Source: Eledone cirrhosa
Lineage: Eukaryota
Assembly: GCA_964016885.1 (NCBI GenBank)
Contig: OZ024742.1
Coordinates: 316,758,001-316,822,000, forward strand
Direction: 5' to 3'
DNA length: 64,000 bases
Of the stretch, positions 13,284 to 27,794 are shown piece by piece. The notes under the pieces are model-generated. The model saw nothing but the letters and a program-made list of their open reading frames with translations, was not told the DNA's origin and searched no databases. Made by a program: the position numbers and the translations under genes. Every line of letters begins with the position of its first letter. The stretch's first letter is position 1.

Positions 13284-15672
13284 ATTTATGTGTATGTACG
13301 CATGCCTATATATCACTGTTAAGAAGTGTAATTTAATATGAGCATAATTCAATATCTATTCTCCAGTTATATCTAGACACCAAAGTTGCTGGCAGACGCC
13401 TTATCAACCAGACGTTAGAAAGTTTTTATTTTCAGATCTCTTCTATCTTTTAAGTATTACGCTAGACATGGCACGAGCAAGGTAATTTTGCACATTTATA
13501 TGCTTCAAAGCAGAAATATCAAATTATGTTGACGATTGGATTCATTTAGACAGCTTCTTTATGAAAGTGTAATAAAAAAAAAAACACACAACAAAAATAT
13601 ATTTGTTGTTCATGCTCCTCTGTCTAGATCAATTTACATTAATAACCACTCTTACGTTTCTGTAAATATGCGGCAGATTCTGTTAGAAACAGCGCAGGCA
13701 CCATTATGATTAGTGAAATCATTTGGATTAGAATTACAGTTGAGTCTAATCTTAGCGACACTTAAACTAATTACTTTACAATGGCCACATATAGTCATAA
13801 GAAACCCAAACAGCATTTTCCCATTCATTCCTTCTTTATATAATGTATAATATTTACGCATACACATACTATGCACGTAGATATCATTTCATTCGGTAAC
13901 ATATTTATTTGCTGTCATGTGCAATTTACAAAGATATACACGTAGTATTATTTATTACATAACTTCCTTTTCTAGTGATATATGTAAACTTAACTTTGAA
14001 AAATAAATGAGGCATTATTAAAGTAAAATTATTTACTCCATAAGATTGTTATATATGTGATTGTTATTATATAATATATAATGAATGGTAGGCTCATGCT
14101 TGAAGATGCTATAAAATAGATTATATTATAGGGTGAAAACTCTAAAAGACGGACAAATAAGCTGCCAACAGTCGTTAAACCTATTCACAAACAATAATAT
14201 CTTGTCATGCTTTTTCTAAATACACTCATATTAAATAGATTACAATCGAGACTCCTCGGATCGGATCCTTTAATATGTTCTCTACTCTTGTACGAAATAT
14301 TTTCAATCATTGTGTTGATAAGGAGGTTTTCTGTCCTCTCTGCACCGTCTAGCGGTTTGAACTTCACACCACGACAAGCCAATCTTGGTATCTACAGTAC
14401 GATGCTGTATAGTATTTGTTTTACTGCACTTTCCTTCTTCTTACTGTAAAAAGATCTATAGTAAATTGTATAATTTACAACAAACTATTCTATATTCGGG
14501 AATATTGTACGACAATCTGTATTTAATTTAGAAATATATAACAAAGGTTTCCATTAGTCATCATTGACACACAACATTATCCATCGAACATCTTTTAAAT
14601 TATACATACGAATGATTTTCAATTCTATGAATTCATATAATTTCACGCTTATCACACATTTCAATCGTATGATATATATTCTATCTATAATTAAGCAATT
14701 TATTTTGATGTTATGGGATTTAATGTACCTTTGGGTAAAACATAAAATGTCTTAATACATATTATAATGACAAAATTCTCATCTGCCTGAAATTGCTATA
14801 ACGCATCCATATTTGAACAACACGTCATTAAAATATTTTGATTTACACACCTCTCCATAATTACATATTATCAATATTTAAAGTTTATAATATTCAATTA
14901 TCGAGAGGTGTAGCCACATATGTATGTAATAAAATTTGGGTTTCATAATTGCCCATGATTTATATAATAACAATAACCACAAAAGCGCTAAATACTGTTG
15001 GAAGTCAGGCAAATTGGCGTTATTCGTTGAACGAGCAAAACAAGGGTGACAGATCTGAAATATTAGCACATTTAGACATTTTCATAGAAAGTATATCTGT
15101 GGAGGCAGCATCACAGAATGTTTGCCTCGAAATCATAATGTCACTGGTCTGATTTTACTGCATGGCCACTAGTACAAATATAATTAACCATATCCTCAAG
15201 TCTACACAAAAATGTTGAGTGAAATTGAATTGTCAGAAACTGTTTGGAAACACATGGGACAACTGATAAACTGTACCTGTAATTCAAAGTACAAGCTTCG
15301 TTGTACAACGTGTTATGCTGAATCATACTAACAACTCCAATTATTTTACTCGCGTCTGTGTAATGGTTAGCCACTTCTAGGGTAATTTCATGTGCAGGCT
15401 TTTCCGTTGATCGAACACCTTAAACACCTATCATTGAAACTGTCGGGGATTCATTCGATATTCATCATTACTTGCTAGCGCTAGGATAGCAACAAATATG
15501 GTCAATAATTGCATTGCTGATAGGATATATCTATACAGAAAGATAGCTATGAGAGTAAATAGTTGGTTACTATATAAATATGCATGTACAAACAGTTAGG
15601 GGTCATCAGGAAATAAGATGAATTGATAATTATGAATGTAATAATACATGTAATAATATATATATAATTAAT

Positions 15673-15836
15673 AATTGTTTCTACTTTTGGTCTCGCCAGT
15701 GTATTACAGGTACTATATTTTATCGACCCCGTAAGGATGAAAGGCAAAGTTAACCTCGGCGGGATTTGAACTCAGACCATAAAGGGCCGTAACTCTTTGC
15801 TTCAAAGCATGGCGTCCGACCCTCTAGCGATACTGC
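15673..15836 (-). mobile_element. SINE (main family)
   Basis: revcomp head and core match. Confidence 0.9.
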
Positions 15837-16610
15837 ATTTAACTACTGGTGATATTCATGATCTTGAAAACACTGGAAATAACAATTTCAAAAGTACGTA
15901 AATATGTGGTCAGCGTCTATTTATAATTAAATCATCAAATAAATCCGCGCAATGTTTTTGTGAACATTTCCTTTTAGTAAGCCAGTTGTTTCATTTCCAA
16001 CCAAACATCTGCTAATGAGGCGTAACGTTCGGAGTTGTCTTCAGTGAAAATATAATGTTAGTTGATCTCTAATATTTAGACCGACTCTGGTTATTTCTGA
16101 TGTTGAACATAGCAGAAATAATCAATCCGAGTTAAGTTTTGATTTTTATACTTATATTTCGATTTTATGGCTTCTGTGTTCATATCTTGACTATCATGTC
16201 ATTGTTTTGCATCACGTGTCTGTCCATAAATTAATCATAACAGACAGGGATGTATTGGGCGATACATATTGTTATGGCGTCTATTTATATATTTAGTTAG
16301 AACATGTGGCTCCGAGTTTATAGAGGAAGGGAGAGAAATATCGTTATAATGTCAGCACCTCTGAAATGAGTAGGGTCAATCACAATTTCGTGACAACAGG
16401 TAAATAACTAACCCAGCTTCCAACGCTTAACTCTCTAATACACACAACAATTTTAAATATAGATATCGTCTTTCACTATAGGGGAAACATTGGATGATTA
16501 ATCCCCCATCAGCTAATGGCAGGTACTAATGGGTGATAAATCTTTGGAAGAGATGCAAACCGATAACGACTGAAAGTAGAAGAGAGAAAATATATATTAT
16601 TAATTGACAA

Positions 16611-16797
16611 GGGCGGTGAATTGGCAGTATCGGTAGAGGGTTGGACGCCATGCTTTCTAGCATAGTTACGTTCATTTACGGTCTGAGTTCAAATCCCGTC
16701 GAGGTTAACTTTGCCTTTCCTCCCTACGGGGTTGATAAAATAAAGTACCAGTAATATACTGGATAATTGGTGGCATTGTGCCAAAAGTAGAAACAAT
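16611..16797 (+). mobile_element. SINE (main family), TSD ATTATTAATTGACA
   Basis: full length with TSD. Confidence 0.9.
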
Positions 16798-16810
16798 TAT
16801 TAATTGACAC

Positions 16811-17040
16811 GTAATTAGCTGAACATTCCATAGACACGCCTACTCATAACGTAGTTCTCAAGAAGATTCAGCGTGACACAGAATGTGACGAGGCTGGCCC
16901 TTCGTATTTCAGGTACAACTCATTTTTGCCAGCTGAGTGGACTGGGGCAACGTGAAATAAGTTGTCTTGCTCAGGGAATTGAACTCATGAACTTAGGATT
17001 GTGAACCGAATGCCCTAACCACAAATCCATGTGCTTTCAC
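16811..17040 (-). mobile_element. second tRNA-SINE family (CORE-like central domain)
   Basis: revcomp B-box GAGTTCAATTCCC, then GAGCAAGACAACTTATTTCACGTTGCCCCAGTCCACTCAGCTGGCAAAAATGAG. Confidence 0.75.
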
Positions 17041-17087
17041 ACTTTATTAATTAGCAATAACACTAAAATACAACGATCCCCAGTAAT

Positions 17088-17156
<69 letters not shown>

Positions 17157-18240
17157 GCGGTGCCCCAGCATGGCCTTTTCGGTGTGAGTAGTTAAGCTGC
17201 GAACATGTCGCAGCTACTTCAACTGGGGGAGTATGAACAGTGAATACATTTCAATGTCTTTAGATATCAGCATGCATTTACCTACACCTGGATACTGAAG
17301 TATGGAAGACAATATCTAAGACGTTCTCTAAATAAACTATTCGTGATGTGAACGTATTTATTTCTATTGCTGTTTCCATTAGCGATTCAAAGTATCTCCG
17401 CATAAAGGCACATATGAAATTATTAGTATAAGCAAATACATTATATATGTGTATAATGTATATTTTTAAAGCAAGGTAATTAAAAACCCTTATAATCAAT
17501 ATGTATATACATATATACAGTGTGTCCCCAAAATGTATACACACTTTAATTACCGGTACAGGCAATATATCTTAGAATGCACAGCTTTTCCCGAAAATAA
17601 AATAATCTATAGACATAATTCAATGTTTATATAATTTAAATGCATATAAAACAGATATTATTTTAATGTATTATTTAAAGATATTTTGGTGTATACCCCT
17701 CTCTCTCTCTCTCTCTCTCCCTCTCTCTCCCTCTCTTTATATATATATATATATATTGATAGTTATTCTGCATTGCCTACGAAAGTCAATCTTTCTGTTA
17801 CTACACTACATTAATAAGGAAACTAATTAGTCTGTTTCAAAGGCATCCCTATATTATACTTCCAAATGAAATAATTATATGCAGCCTCTAATAAAAGGTC
17901 ATTAATTTGAATTACCATAAGTGTGTTGCTACATTATTACGTATGTTGATTACCTCCTATAATATTTCCTTTCAACACGGCATATCGAATCTATGATTCT
18001 AACGGAATAGTATGATCATTCCTATTCTAAGAGTGTTAGTGACATAGTTCAAGTGAAGCAGATGCATACACTTGATTAACTATGTTTACATTCTTTTATA
18101 TTCCTTTGCAGTTAAAAAATGAATATACTGTAGCATCACTGTATGCTATTGCATTGCTCAATGCTGCTCTTTTTGGTTATTCTGATATAAAATGCTGCTT
18201 CATATTCATTATATGTATTGAAGACACATATCAGATAACT

Positions 18241-18673
18241 GTTGCTTGTGGTAGTGTTAGGATTAGCAGTATCTTATCAATACTACCAGAGCCGAGCATA
18301 AGTAGTGAAAGAGTCACTCGGTGGAAAGAAAAGATTAACAACCTCCCACCTGTATCAACAATGGAGCTAAAGGTGAGTGAGGCACTAAGCATATACAAAC
18401 TATGCAGTGTAGAAATGCCTAAACAGACTAAGACCTGATGTTATTCGTACATAGACAATCTGCCAAAATGAGGATATTTAAAGGATGGTGACGTTGTATG
18501 TGATTGCGGCATTGAATCACAGACTATGCAGCACCTCCTGATATGACCCCTGCTGGAACACCACTGTACAGCATTGGACTTGACAGAGTTTAATGAGAAA
18601 AGACAGCAATGTGTTCAGCTGTGACGAAACCACATCTTTGTAGTCAACACTGTTGTGGACACGATAAGAACAA
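18241..18673 (+). mobile_element. short Vingi/Ingi-like LINE derivative with 11-bp TSD
   Basis: decayed C-terminus DNLPK*GYL..CDCGIESQTMQHLLI*PLL..CT..DL; ends GGACACGATAAGAA; TSD ATCAGATAACT at 18230-18240 and 18674-18684. Confidence 0.7.
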
Positions 18674-20166
18674 ATCAGATAACTCTCAATGACACAGAGA
18701 GCAGTACAAGTATATATTGTATCAACAGATGGAAGTCAAAGTGAAACTCGGGGATATCCTTTTAAGTTAATACAAACAATATAATTTAAACAATGGTAAA
18801 CATGTTTAGACAGAATAGGTCAGATTCAATATTTCAAAGTACATTTTGTATACGATTTTTAAAACTACATAAGTAAATCTTTATTTCATATCATATTTAT
18901 ATTCTAAATTTAATACATCCTTAAACATTAAGCTACTTAGTATTGAGTAATGCTTTTATATAACCATTGATACCACCCATTTAGTTAAACAATGGGTAAT
19001 GCAGCAGTCAATATATTGATTTATGTAAAAGAAATTAAATTTTTTTGATATATCTGAAGTGAAAGTTGTTATATTTATGCCGTTCCTAAACGTCTCAGGG
19101 CAACCATAAAATCGAATGACAGCATGAGATTGAGAACAAAGTCTAAACGAAGGCGACAGCTTAAATCTTTTATCGGTACTTGGCCGCAACATTAAATATT
19201 ATTTTAGCCGGCTTATTGTAGTATTTACCCAGTGTATGAAAGTGTTAGCCAGAATGATATCTAAGGAAAATTCGATAATATTGATTTTTCGACAAAATAT
19301 CACTGACAATTAGAAACAACAACATGTTAAGAGAAGGAATGCTTGAATGTGACATCTTGTATTTCGCAAAATATAATATATCTAGCTATTATTCTAAAGA
19401 TGCCTTGGGAAATGTAATTTCATCTTTGAGTAAAATAATATCTTGGGAAACAATCTAATGTTCCTCTAGAGGATAGGCTAACCTTACTGGAATATTTATC
19501 AAACACACTTATGTCATATTGCATTCATACGCTTGAAAGAAATAGCAGTAGTAAATGTAATGAAAACAATCGTATATATTTTGTATTGTGTCAGTGAAGT
19601 AAAAACTATTTTCGTTTCAAAATATATGATCAGATATTATGTGAATTGTCACAATACAGACAAATACACAAACACGAACGTACAGAACATAGATCAATTA
19701 GAAATGATTGTTAGAAAGCTATGAGACGCAACGCTACGTGCTTTAGAGAAAAGGACAAAAAATAAATTATAGCTGTCCATTTGAGAAATATGAACAATAA
19801 ATATATTCGTCTCTCCGGTGGTATCAAACAATATTTACACTAGAATAATATGCTTGGTAAGGTTCTGTAGAATTTTTATTTTGAATCTATTCTTTGATGG
19901 TTTGAACGCTTTATTCACAATATTTGATTTTGTAATTTTGTTCCGGTTTTTCTTTTTTCTTGTAAGCTCTCGAATGGAATATTTTCTAATAGAATTCGTC
20001 TGCCATAGGATATGTTTTAACTAACACTTTATGGCCCACATCCTTTGTTTTATCTTAATATAACGTTTTATAATATATATATTTGGTCATAAGACTACAT
20101 TATTTGAATGAATTTGTCTTTGAGTGAGTGCTATCTTTCTACTATAGTACATGCGACTGAATAGGT

Positions 20167-20296
<130 letters not shown>

Positions 20297-20683
20297 GGGT
20301 ACACTCGCATGAGACAGTGTAGTAGGTGTTAAGATATTGATAAGTCACGCTTCGGCAAGAGAGTTCTGCATGACTTGGTATTTAACATCTAACACCGGCT
20401 CGTGAGATAAATATATGTCTGTTTTAATATACCATATAACCATTTGCAGCAAATATCCAGTTTATTTTCTTATGTGTAGCATGATACAGTTACCTTTCAT
20501 ACATGGAAATTCTATTAAAACTTGTAGCTTTTTCAGTAATTGTATTTAAAAACGTAATCTATGGTCAATATACAACAGACGGATTAAAATTTTCAAATAC
20601 TCAATATATTAACACCGGGTGCGAATTAATTTGCAGTGACTATTGCATATATATACATACACACACACACACACACATATATA

Positions 20684-20885
<202 letters not shown>

Positions 20886-21112
20886 ATATATGACTACAGT
20901 TCCTCAGTGAATTAACAACCCAACAAGGAACTGGGAATATCAGAGTATTAACAATATTATACACCTAAACAACATATGTACTTGTCTATACCATACTAAT
21001 TCAAACTGCCTGAAGAGGTCACAGCCAAAGATGGCTGTCACTGAAATATATATAGCAGTAATAAACGAAACTAAATTTTAATCATTTGACTTTTATTTAA
21101 CTTTATTTTATA
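20886..21112 (+). mobile_element. PLE pLTR-type element with hammerhead, between long (TA)n tracts
   Basis: close copy of the arms of the 22082-22514 palindrome; contains an HHR. Confidence 0.8.
21005..21059 (+). ncRNA. type I hammerhead ribozyme, minimal palindromic stem III
   Basis: ACTGC-CTGAAGA-G GTCACAGCCA aaga TGGCTGTCAC T-GAAA-TATATA-TA-GCAGT; stem I ACTGC/GCAGT is perfect. Confidence 0.85.
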
Positions 21113-21121
21113 TAAATATAT

Positions 21122-21918
<797 letters not shown>

Positions 21919-21920
21919 TA

Positions 21921-21991
<71 letters not shown>

Positions 21992-22132
21992 AGTTTATGT
22001 TGGTTGTATACCAACACCTCAGTATGCAGGCTGGAGCACTCGACGAAGTGGGCAGGTTGGTTTGGTTACTCCGGAGTAGTGTAAAATAAAGTTAAATAAA
22101 AGTCAAATGATTAAAATTTAGCTTCGTTTATT

Positions 22133-22187
22133 ACTGCTATATATATTTCAGTGACAGCCATCTTTGGCTGTGACCTCTTCAGGCAGT
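22133..22187 (-). ncRNA. hammerhead ribozyme (same sequence as 21005-21059)
   Basis: reverse complement of the same motif. Confidence 0.85.
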
Positions 22188-22408
22188 TTGAATTAGTATG
22201 GTATAGACAAGTACATATGTTGTTTAGGTGTATGATATTGTCAATACTCTGATATGCCCAGTTCCTTGCTGGGTTGTTAATTCACTGGGGAACTGGACTC
22301 CAGTTCCCCAGTGAATTAACAACCCAGCAAGGAACTGGGCATATCAGAGTATTGACAATATCATACACCTAAACAACATATGTACTTGTCTATACCATAC
22401 TAATTCAA

Positions 22409-22463
22409 ACTGCCTGAAGAGGTCACAGCCAAAGATGGCTGTCACTGAAATATATATAGCAGT
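22409..22463 (+). ncRNA. hammerhead ribozyme (same sequence as 21005-21059)
   Basis: same motif. Confidence 0.85.
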
Positions 22464-22507
22464 AATAAACGAAGCTAAATTTTAATCATTTGACTTTTAT
22501 TTAACTT

Positions 22508-22569
<62 letters not shown>

Positions 22570-22570
22570 A

Positions 22571-23173
22571 TTGTTATACTTTGGGAGGGTCATGTTGACA
22601 ATAAGAAACACACGCACCAGTTGCTTTCACTTCAATTTATTATAATAAATTTATAAATTTAGGAATTTATAAATTTCCGGTTGGTTGGTTGGTTCCACAA
22701 CCAGATGGTTGTTTATATATTGTCAAAGTTCTTTCGTCACACATTCTGTGACCTCTTCAGTGACTGGGGATTCTTTTCTTTGTTTTTTGTGCCTCTCCTT
22801 TGTTCTGTCCTACGCCATTTTGTTTCTGTGTGTGTGTTGTGCGCTCAGTCTGCGCATGCGCCACATCCGGGTGTCTGTGTGTGTTTATATTCGTTTATTT
22901 ATTTGTTTATTTACATGTTACAGGTTGGTTGTTTGTTCAATGTGTGTGTGTGTGTTTTCATTTTGTCCTTAATTGTAAGTTGTGATGTTGCTGTTCCACT
23001 CATGTTTTCTATTTAATTTTGGTTGTAATTCTTTTATGTTTATTGCCTCTGTGATTTGTCTAAACATTGCGTCTTTTCTATGTGTAGATTCTATTTTTAT
23101 TTCTATGTTCTCTAATTTACCCTTATGTTCTATTTTAGCATATTGGTAGAGTACAGATGATTCTTTACTATCT
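22571..23173 (-). mobile_element. 5'-truncated Penelope-like element: GIY-YIG endonuclease C-terminus plus 3' UTR/pLTR
   Basis: 23173-22969 revcomp translates DSKESSVLYQYAKIEHKGKLENIEIKIESTHRKDAMFRQITEAINIKELQPKLNRKHEW (EAIxI...PxLN motif); HHR in the UTR; TA-rich flanks. Confidence 0.85.
22722..22764 (-). ncRNA. minimal hammerhead ribozyme in PLE 3' region
   Basis: revcomp GTCA-CTGAAGA-G GTCACA gaatg TGTGAC-GAAA-GAAC-TT-TGAC. Confidence 0.75.
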
Positions 23174-23443
23174 TTACTATATATATATAGTATATATATA
23201 CGTCTTTACTATATATATATGTGTATAGAAATTTCGTATTTCTAAAGAAATACGGTTTTAGGAAGCCAAAGCTCTGCAAACACCGTTTGGGGCTAACGCC
23301 CTCTGGTGGTGGCCAACAGAAGCAGGGGGACAACCATCTATGGATTTCAGGCTTCACTCGCCTTTGTCAGGATGGTGCCTGCCACCACTTGCTACTGCTG
23401 GACTTGAAAACAGTCGAGAATATAGAGTTATCTCGTCTGTCGC

Positions 23444-24095
23444 CTGATTCTACTTCTGCAGGTTCATTCACATACGAGTATTTCGTTAGGAGCAAATTTT
23501 ATCACTGGGGTGTTATCATAAAAAAACAGCCTACTACCACTCTTGTCATGCCATTGGCTGTTTTTACTCCCCGTCATTCACAAGTTCTGGTCAGTATCTA
23601 CTGCAACACGGGTCGTCAAAAAACACCCTAAAAAAATTCTACTTCCACTCCTGTCCTGTCATTGACTCTTTTTACTCCACGTCATCAATTGACTCTTTTT
23701 ACTCCACGTCATCAGAAGTTCTGGTCAGTATCCACTGTCACACTGTCCATCAGCCATTTTCCGCCCGACACATTTCGATGGAGTCATGCTGGGTTCAGCA
23801 TCCCACACGTCTGTTCACACATTATAGTAAGCACCCACACATACTAATATATACACACACACACACACACACACCCATGCAGACACCGACAGATTTATGC
23901 ATACGCACACGTACGTCTACATGCGCATTCACACACACCCCGCATAATACATATATGTATATATACACACACACATTCTCTCCCTCACCTCCACGGAACC
24001 AGTCACACCCACTTGTAGATACATATCGCCACAAGCCTTATGGCGGCTGCTTACTTCGCCCCATGTATCCGGTTGGAATAAGCATGGCCTATTCA

Positions 24096-24149
<54 letters not shown>

Positions 24150-24279
24150 TACATACGCGCGCACACATACATACGTCCAATCTTATATATATTTATATAT
24201 CTATATATAGACACTCATACACACACATATATGCATACACACATACATGCACATACATACATATACACACACACATGCA

Positions 24280-24333
<54 letters not shown>

Positions 24334-25380
24334 CATACATACATACACATACCTACACATATATATATACTCACACATGCCCACATATACATACAAAATA
24401 CGCTAACGTACACAAACATTACATACGCACACACACATATATATATATATATATACACAAAAATAAACGACAACCTAGCATGCATACGCACAGCCACACA
24501 TATACACATATATATACACACACGCATATGCCGACACATATACATCTATATATGCATACGCACACATGCTGCCACATGTATACACCTGCACATATGCATA
24601 TTTGCCCGCATACATATGTGCTTCCACATATACAAATATAAACAAAACCGTAAATAAAAGTTCATTATACAATAAAAAACAATATATCATAAACTAACGG
24701 TACATTACTGTAACATAAAATATAATATATAAAATATAATATACAATATGATATATATATATATTTTTGCCTGCACACATATGTGCTTCCACATATACAA
24801 ACATAGACAAAACCGTGAATTAAAAGTTAAAGATACATTATATAATAATGGGTGTGACTGGGTCCGTGGAGGTGAGGAAGAGAGTGTGTGTGTATATATA
24901 CATATATGTATGTATCTGGGTGTGTATGCGCACGTAGACGTACGTGTGTGTATGCATAAATCTGTCGGTGTCTGCATGGGTGTGTGAGTGTGTATATTAA
25001 TATGTGTGGGTGCTTACTATGAAGTGTGAACAGACGTGTGGGATGCTGAACCCAGCATGTCTCCATCGAAATGTGTCGGGCGGAAAATGGCTGATGGCCA
25101 GTGTGGCAGTAGATACTGACCAGAACTTCTGATGACGCGGAGTAAAAACAGTCAAGGGCAGGACAGGAGTGGAAGTAGGGTTTTTTTAGGGTGTTTTTTG
25201 ACGACCCGTGTGTCAGCAGATACTGACCAGAACTTGTGATGACGTGGAGTAAAAGAGCCAATGGCATTACAAGAGTGGAAGTAGGTTTTTTTTTAGGGTG
25301 TTTATTGATAACACCCCAGTGATAACATTTGCTCCTAACGAAATACTCGTATCTGAATGAACCTGCAGAAGTAGAATCAG
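23444..25380. repeat. large imperfect inverted repeat (arms 23444-24011 and 24849-25380) around a TA/CA-rich spacer
   Basis: CTGATTCTACTTCTGCAGGTTCATTCA...CAGTCACACCCA is mirrored; internal subrepeats TTTTACTCCACGTCATCA. Confidence 0.9.
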
Positions 25381-25567
25381 CCGGATCCATATAAGCACCA
25401 CGTGTCGAGTTACGTGCCGGAGAAACAATTGTAACACGCAATAAATCAAGTCCAAATGCATCATTGATTTTTCGTTTTCTTTATAATATCTACACTCTAC
25501 TATGATGAATATCGAGTGCTAAGTTTGGCATACCGCCTATGGTAGCACCTTAGCTACCATTATACAC

Positions 25568-25656
<89 letters not shown>

Positions 25657-25703
25657 TGTATGTATGTATGTATGTATGTATGTATGTATGTATGTATGTA
25701 TGT

Positions 25704-26309
25704 CAGCTCACCAGTTGGTGCTACTGGTAACATGTATGCCAGTACAACCGGTCTCATGGTCTGGTCGTTGGCGACTTAACTGGCAACCCCACCAAGGTTT
25801 CTTGGTGAGGAGAGTGACTTTGGACATCCTGCAGGACTAAAAACAAAACCTGTCAAAGGGCAAAGGAGCTCTTAAGAATCAATGGCCATCCAAAATCACC
25901 GGGAGAGATGACCCCTTAACCTTTGTCAAGGCAGAATTCTAAGAAAAGGAAAACTCTGATATAACATCTGCAACCCTGATGGTATCCAATGATGTTGACT
26001 TGTTCTTCTTTTTGGTAAATATCATCTTGGTTAAGAGAGTGGGACTGGCTTTGTGCAGTGCCTTTGCTCACTATAAAAGCTTCATGGCACAGGTATTGCT
26101 TTTTATCTGGAGATCTCTCCTCACTTGACGTCACATGGTACCATGGGCCCAGCACTATGTGTCAATAATTGTCACAAGTGTAGTGTTTGTACCAGAGTTT
26201 TCAAGTCGCTGGCTAGACTAAAAAGTCACACTCGTTCAGCGCATCGGTAGGGGTTCTCCTACATGGATATAAAGTAGTGGGCTTACGCGAAAACGAGTTG
26301 GCAGCCACT
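25704..26309 (+). mobile_element. non-autonomous bipartite RTE derivative (RTE-type 5' UTR joined to ORF 3' end), flanked by (TATG)n
   Basis: RTE-like 5' motif TCTAAGAAAAGGAAAACTCTG; terminal zinc finger [23 protein letters not shown]; 3' part recurs at 38431-38674. Confidence 0.7.
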
Positions 26310-27794
26310 ATGTATGTATGTATGTATGTATGTATGTATGTATGTATGTATGTATGTATGTATGCATGTGTGCGTGTGTACAGAGGTTACCCACAAAGAG
26401 AAGGAGAGCAGACACTGAATGATAGGCTAAAACATATCGCTAGAGGGCCTGAAATACTTATTCATCTGAAAGATAAAACCATAGCGTATAGGAAATCCTG
26501 GCATTGTGCGGTGTTGCTGGGTGTGGAATTATGGTACGAAAAACAATAACTCCTAAAGGAGGAAGATGAAGTTTACGAGTGAATTCTAACGTGTCATGAT
26601 GGCCAACAAGAAGTGTCCAGAGTGGTTGGTAATTGAAGCCATAGAATATTTTGATTCTCTATATTTGAGGGTTTCCTAACTAAATAAACAGGTACTTGTG
26701 TTTGTTTCGATTTTACTACATTATAAATCTGCCTTGTGTGTTGCATTACGTTTTTAAACCCCCAGCAATCATGTGTATGTGCATCAAAGAATTTTGTAAC
26801 ATTTGTGTATGCCACGATTTATATTATATGTTAAGACCCTTGTGGCAAATAAATAAATGATAATAATAATCATTATTGTTACAGGCTGATTTTCCTCTCA
26901 ATTCTTCTCTCCGTCGCTCTGTTAAGCATTTTATCTTTATTCTACTAGACTCGTCATAATGATAATATTGGGCTAACAACGAAAATAAAAAGAAAAGAAG
27001 AAAACATTAAAAATATGTAAAAACAATTATAAGAGAATACATAACTTAAATGACAAAAAGACAAATATGACATATTGATTAGTATTTGATACATGCCCGG
27101 TTATTTTCTTTCTGCTAACCTGTTGCCTTAAGAAATCTATTGCTACAAAATTGCATCGATTACCAAAATAAACGCACATTTTATACGTATAAATAGGGGA
27201 TAGCATGTAAATTTACACAGGAACTCTCTCTGTCACTCTCTCTCTCTGTCACTCTCTCTCTCTCTCTGTCTGTCTTCTCTCTTCTGTCTCTCTCTCGCTT
27301 TATTACTCACTAGCTAGGACCCCCCCACACACACAAATACACACACACACACATGCACACACAAACCAGAAATTCACTATCGCATTATAATCCACATGTA
27401 AAAATATCCACATGCATTCAGATATCTATTTTAACGCTAGATTACAAATGACGTACGATAGACGCAGTTGTATTGACAAAGCAGCGCAAAAGATTGGAAT
27501 TGTTGCGTGCATACTGTCACGAAATAGGTATATTGTAATTTTCTAGACTAAAAGAAGAGTATAAAGTTTCGCATCCGTAAAGTCTGGCACATAAGTTCAA
27601 TCAAAATCTGTAGTATAGAGAGGCCATAGATGCACAAGTAATGCAACCTATTCCCTTCCTGAATCTCGGTTAAAACTCACTCTGAAGCTATACAATATCT
27701 TCTCTCTCCATTCAGTTATGTTGCTTAACCACTCTTTTATATATTCGTATATATCTTTTACCGTAACGTTGGTAATGCATGATTATATTAGCTC

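Larger units (their letters stand above)
22082..22514. repeat. perfect 433-bp palindrome (216-bp arms, 1-nt centre at 22298) made of two PLE pLTR copies
   Basis: AACTGGA-C-TCCAGTT centre; arms complementary out to 22082 and 22514. Confidence 0.95.

Noticed and set aside
5410-14460. Additional minus-strand exons near 5415-5480, 9555-9600, 13655-13690 and 14290-14445
   Set aside because: Splice-like words are present, but no consistent open frame or homology links them
17517-17550. Tc1/mariner MITE starting TACAGTGTGTCCCCAAAATGTATACAC
   Set aside because: Only one TIR-like end; no convincing partner found
25120-25150. Hammerhead at CTGATGACGCGG
   Set aside because: No stem II or GAAA follows
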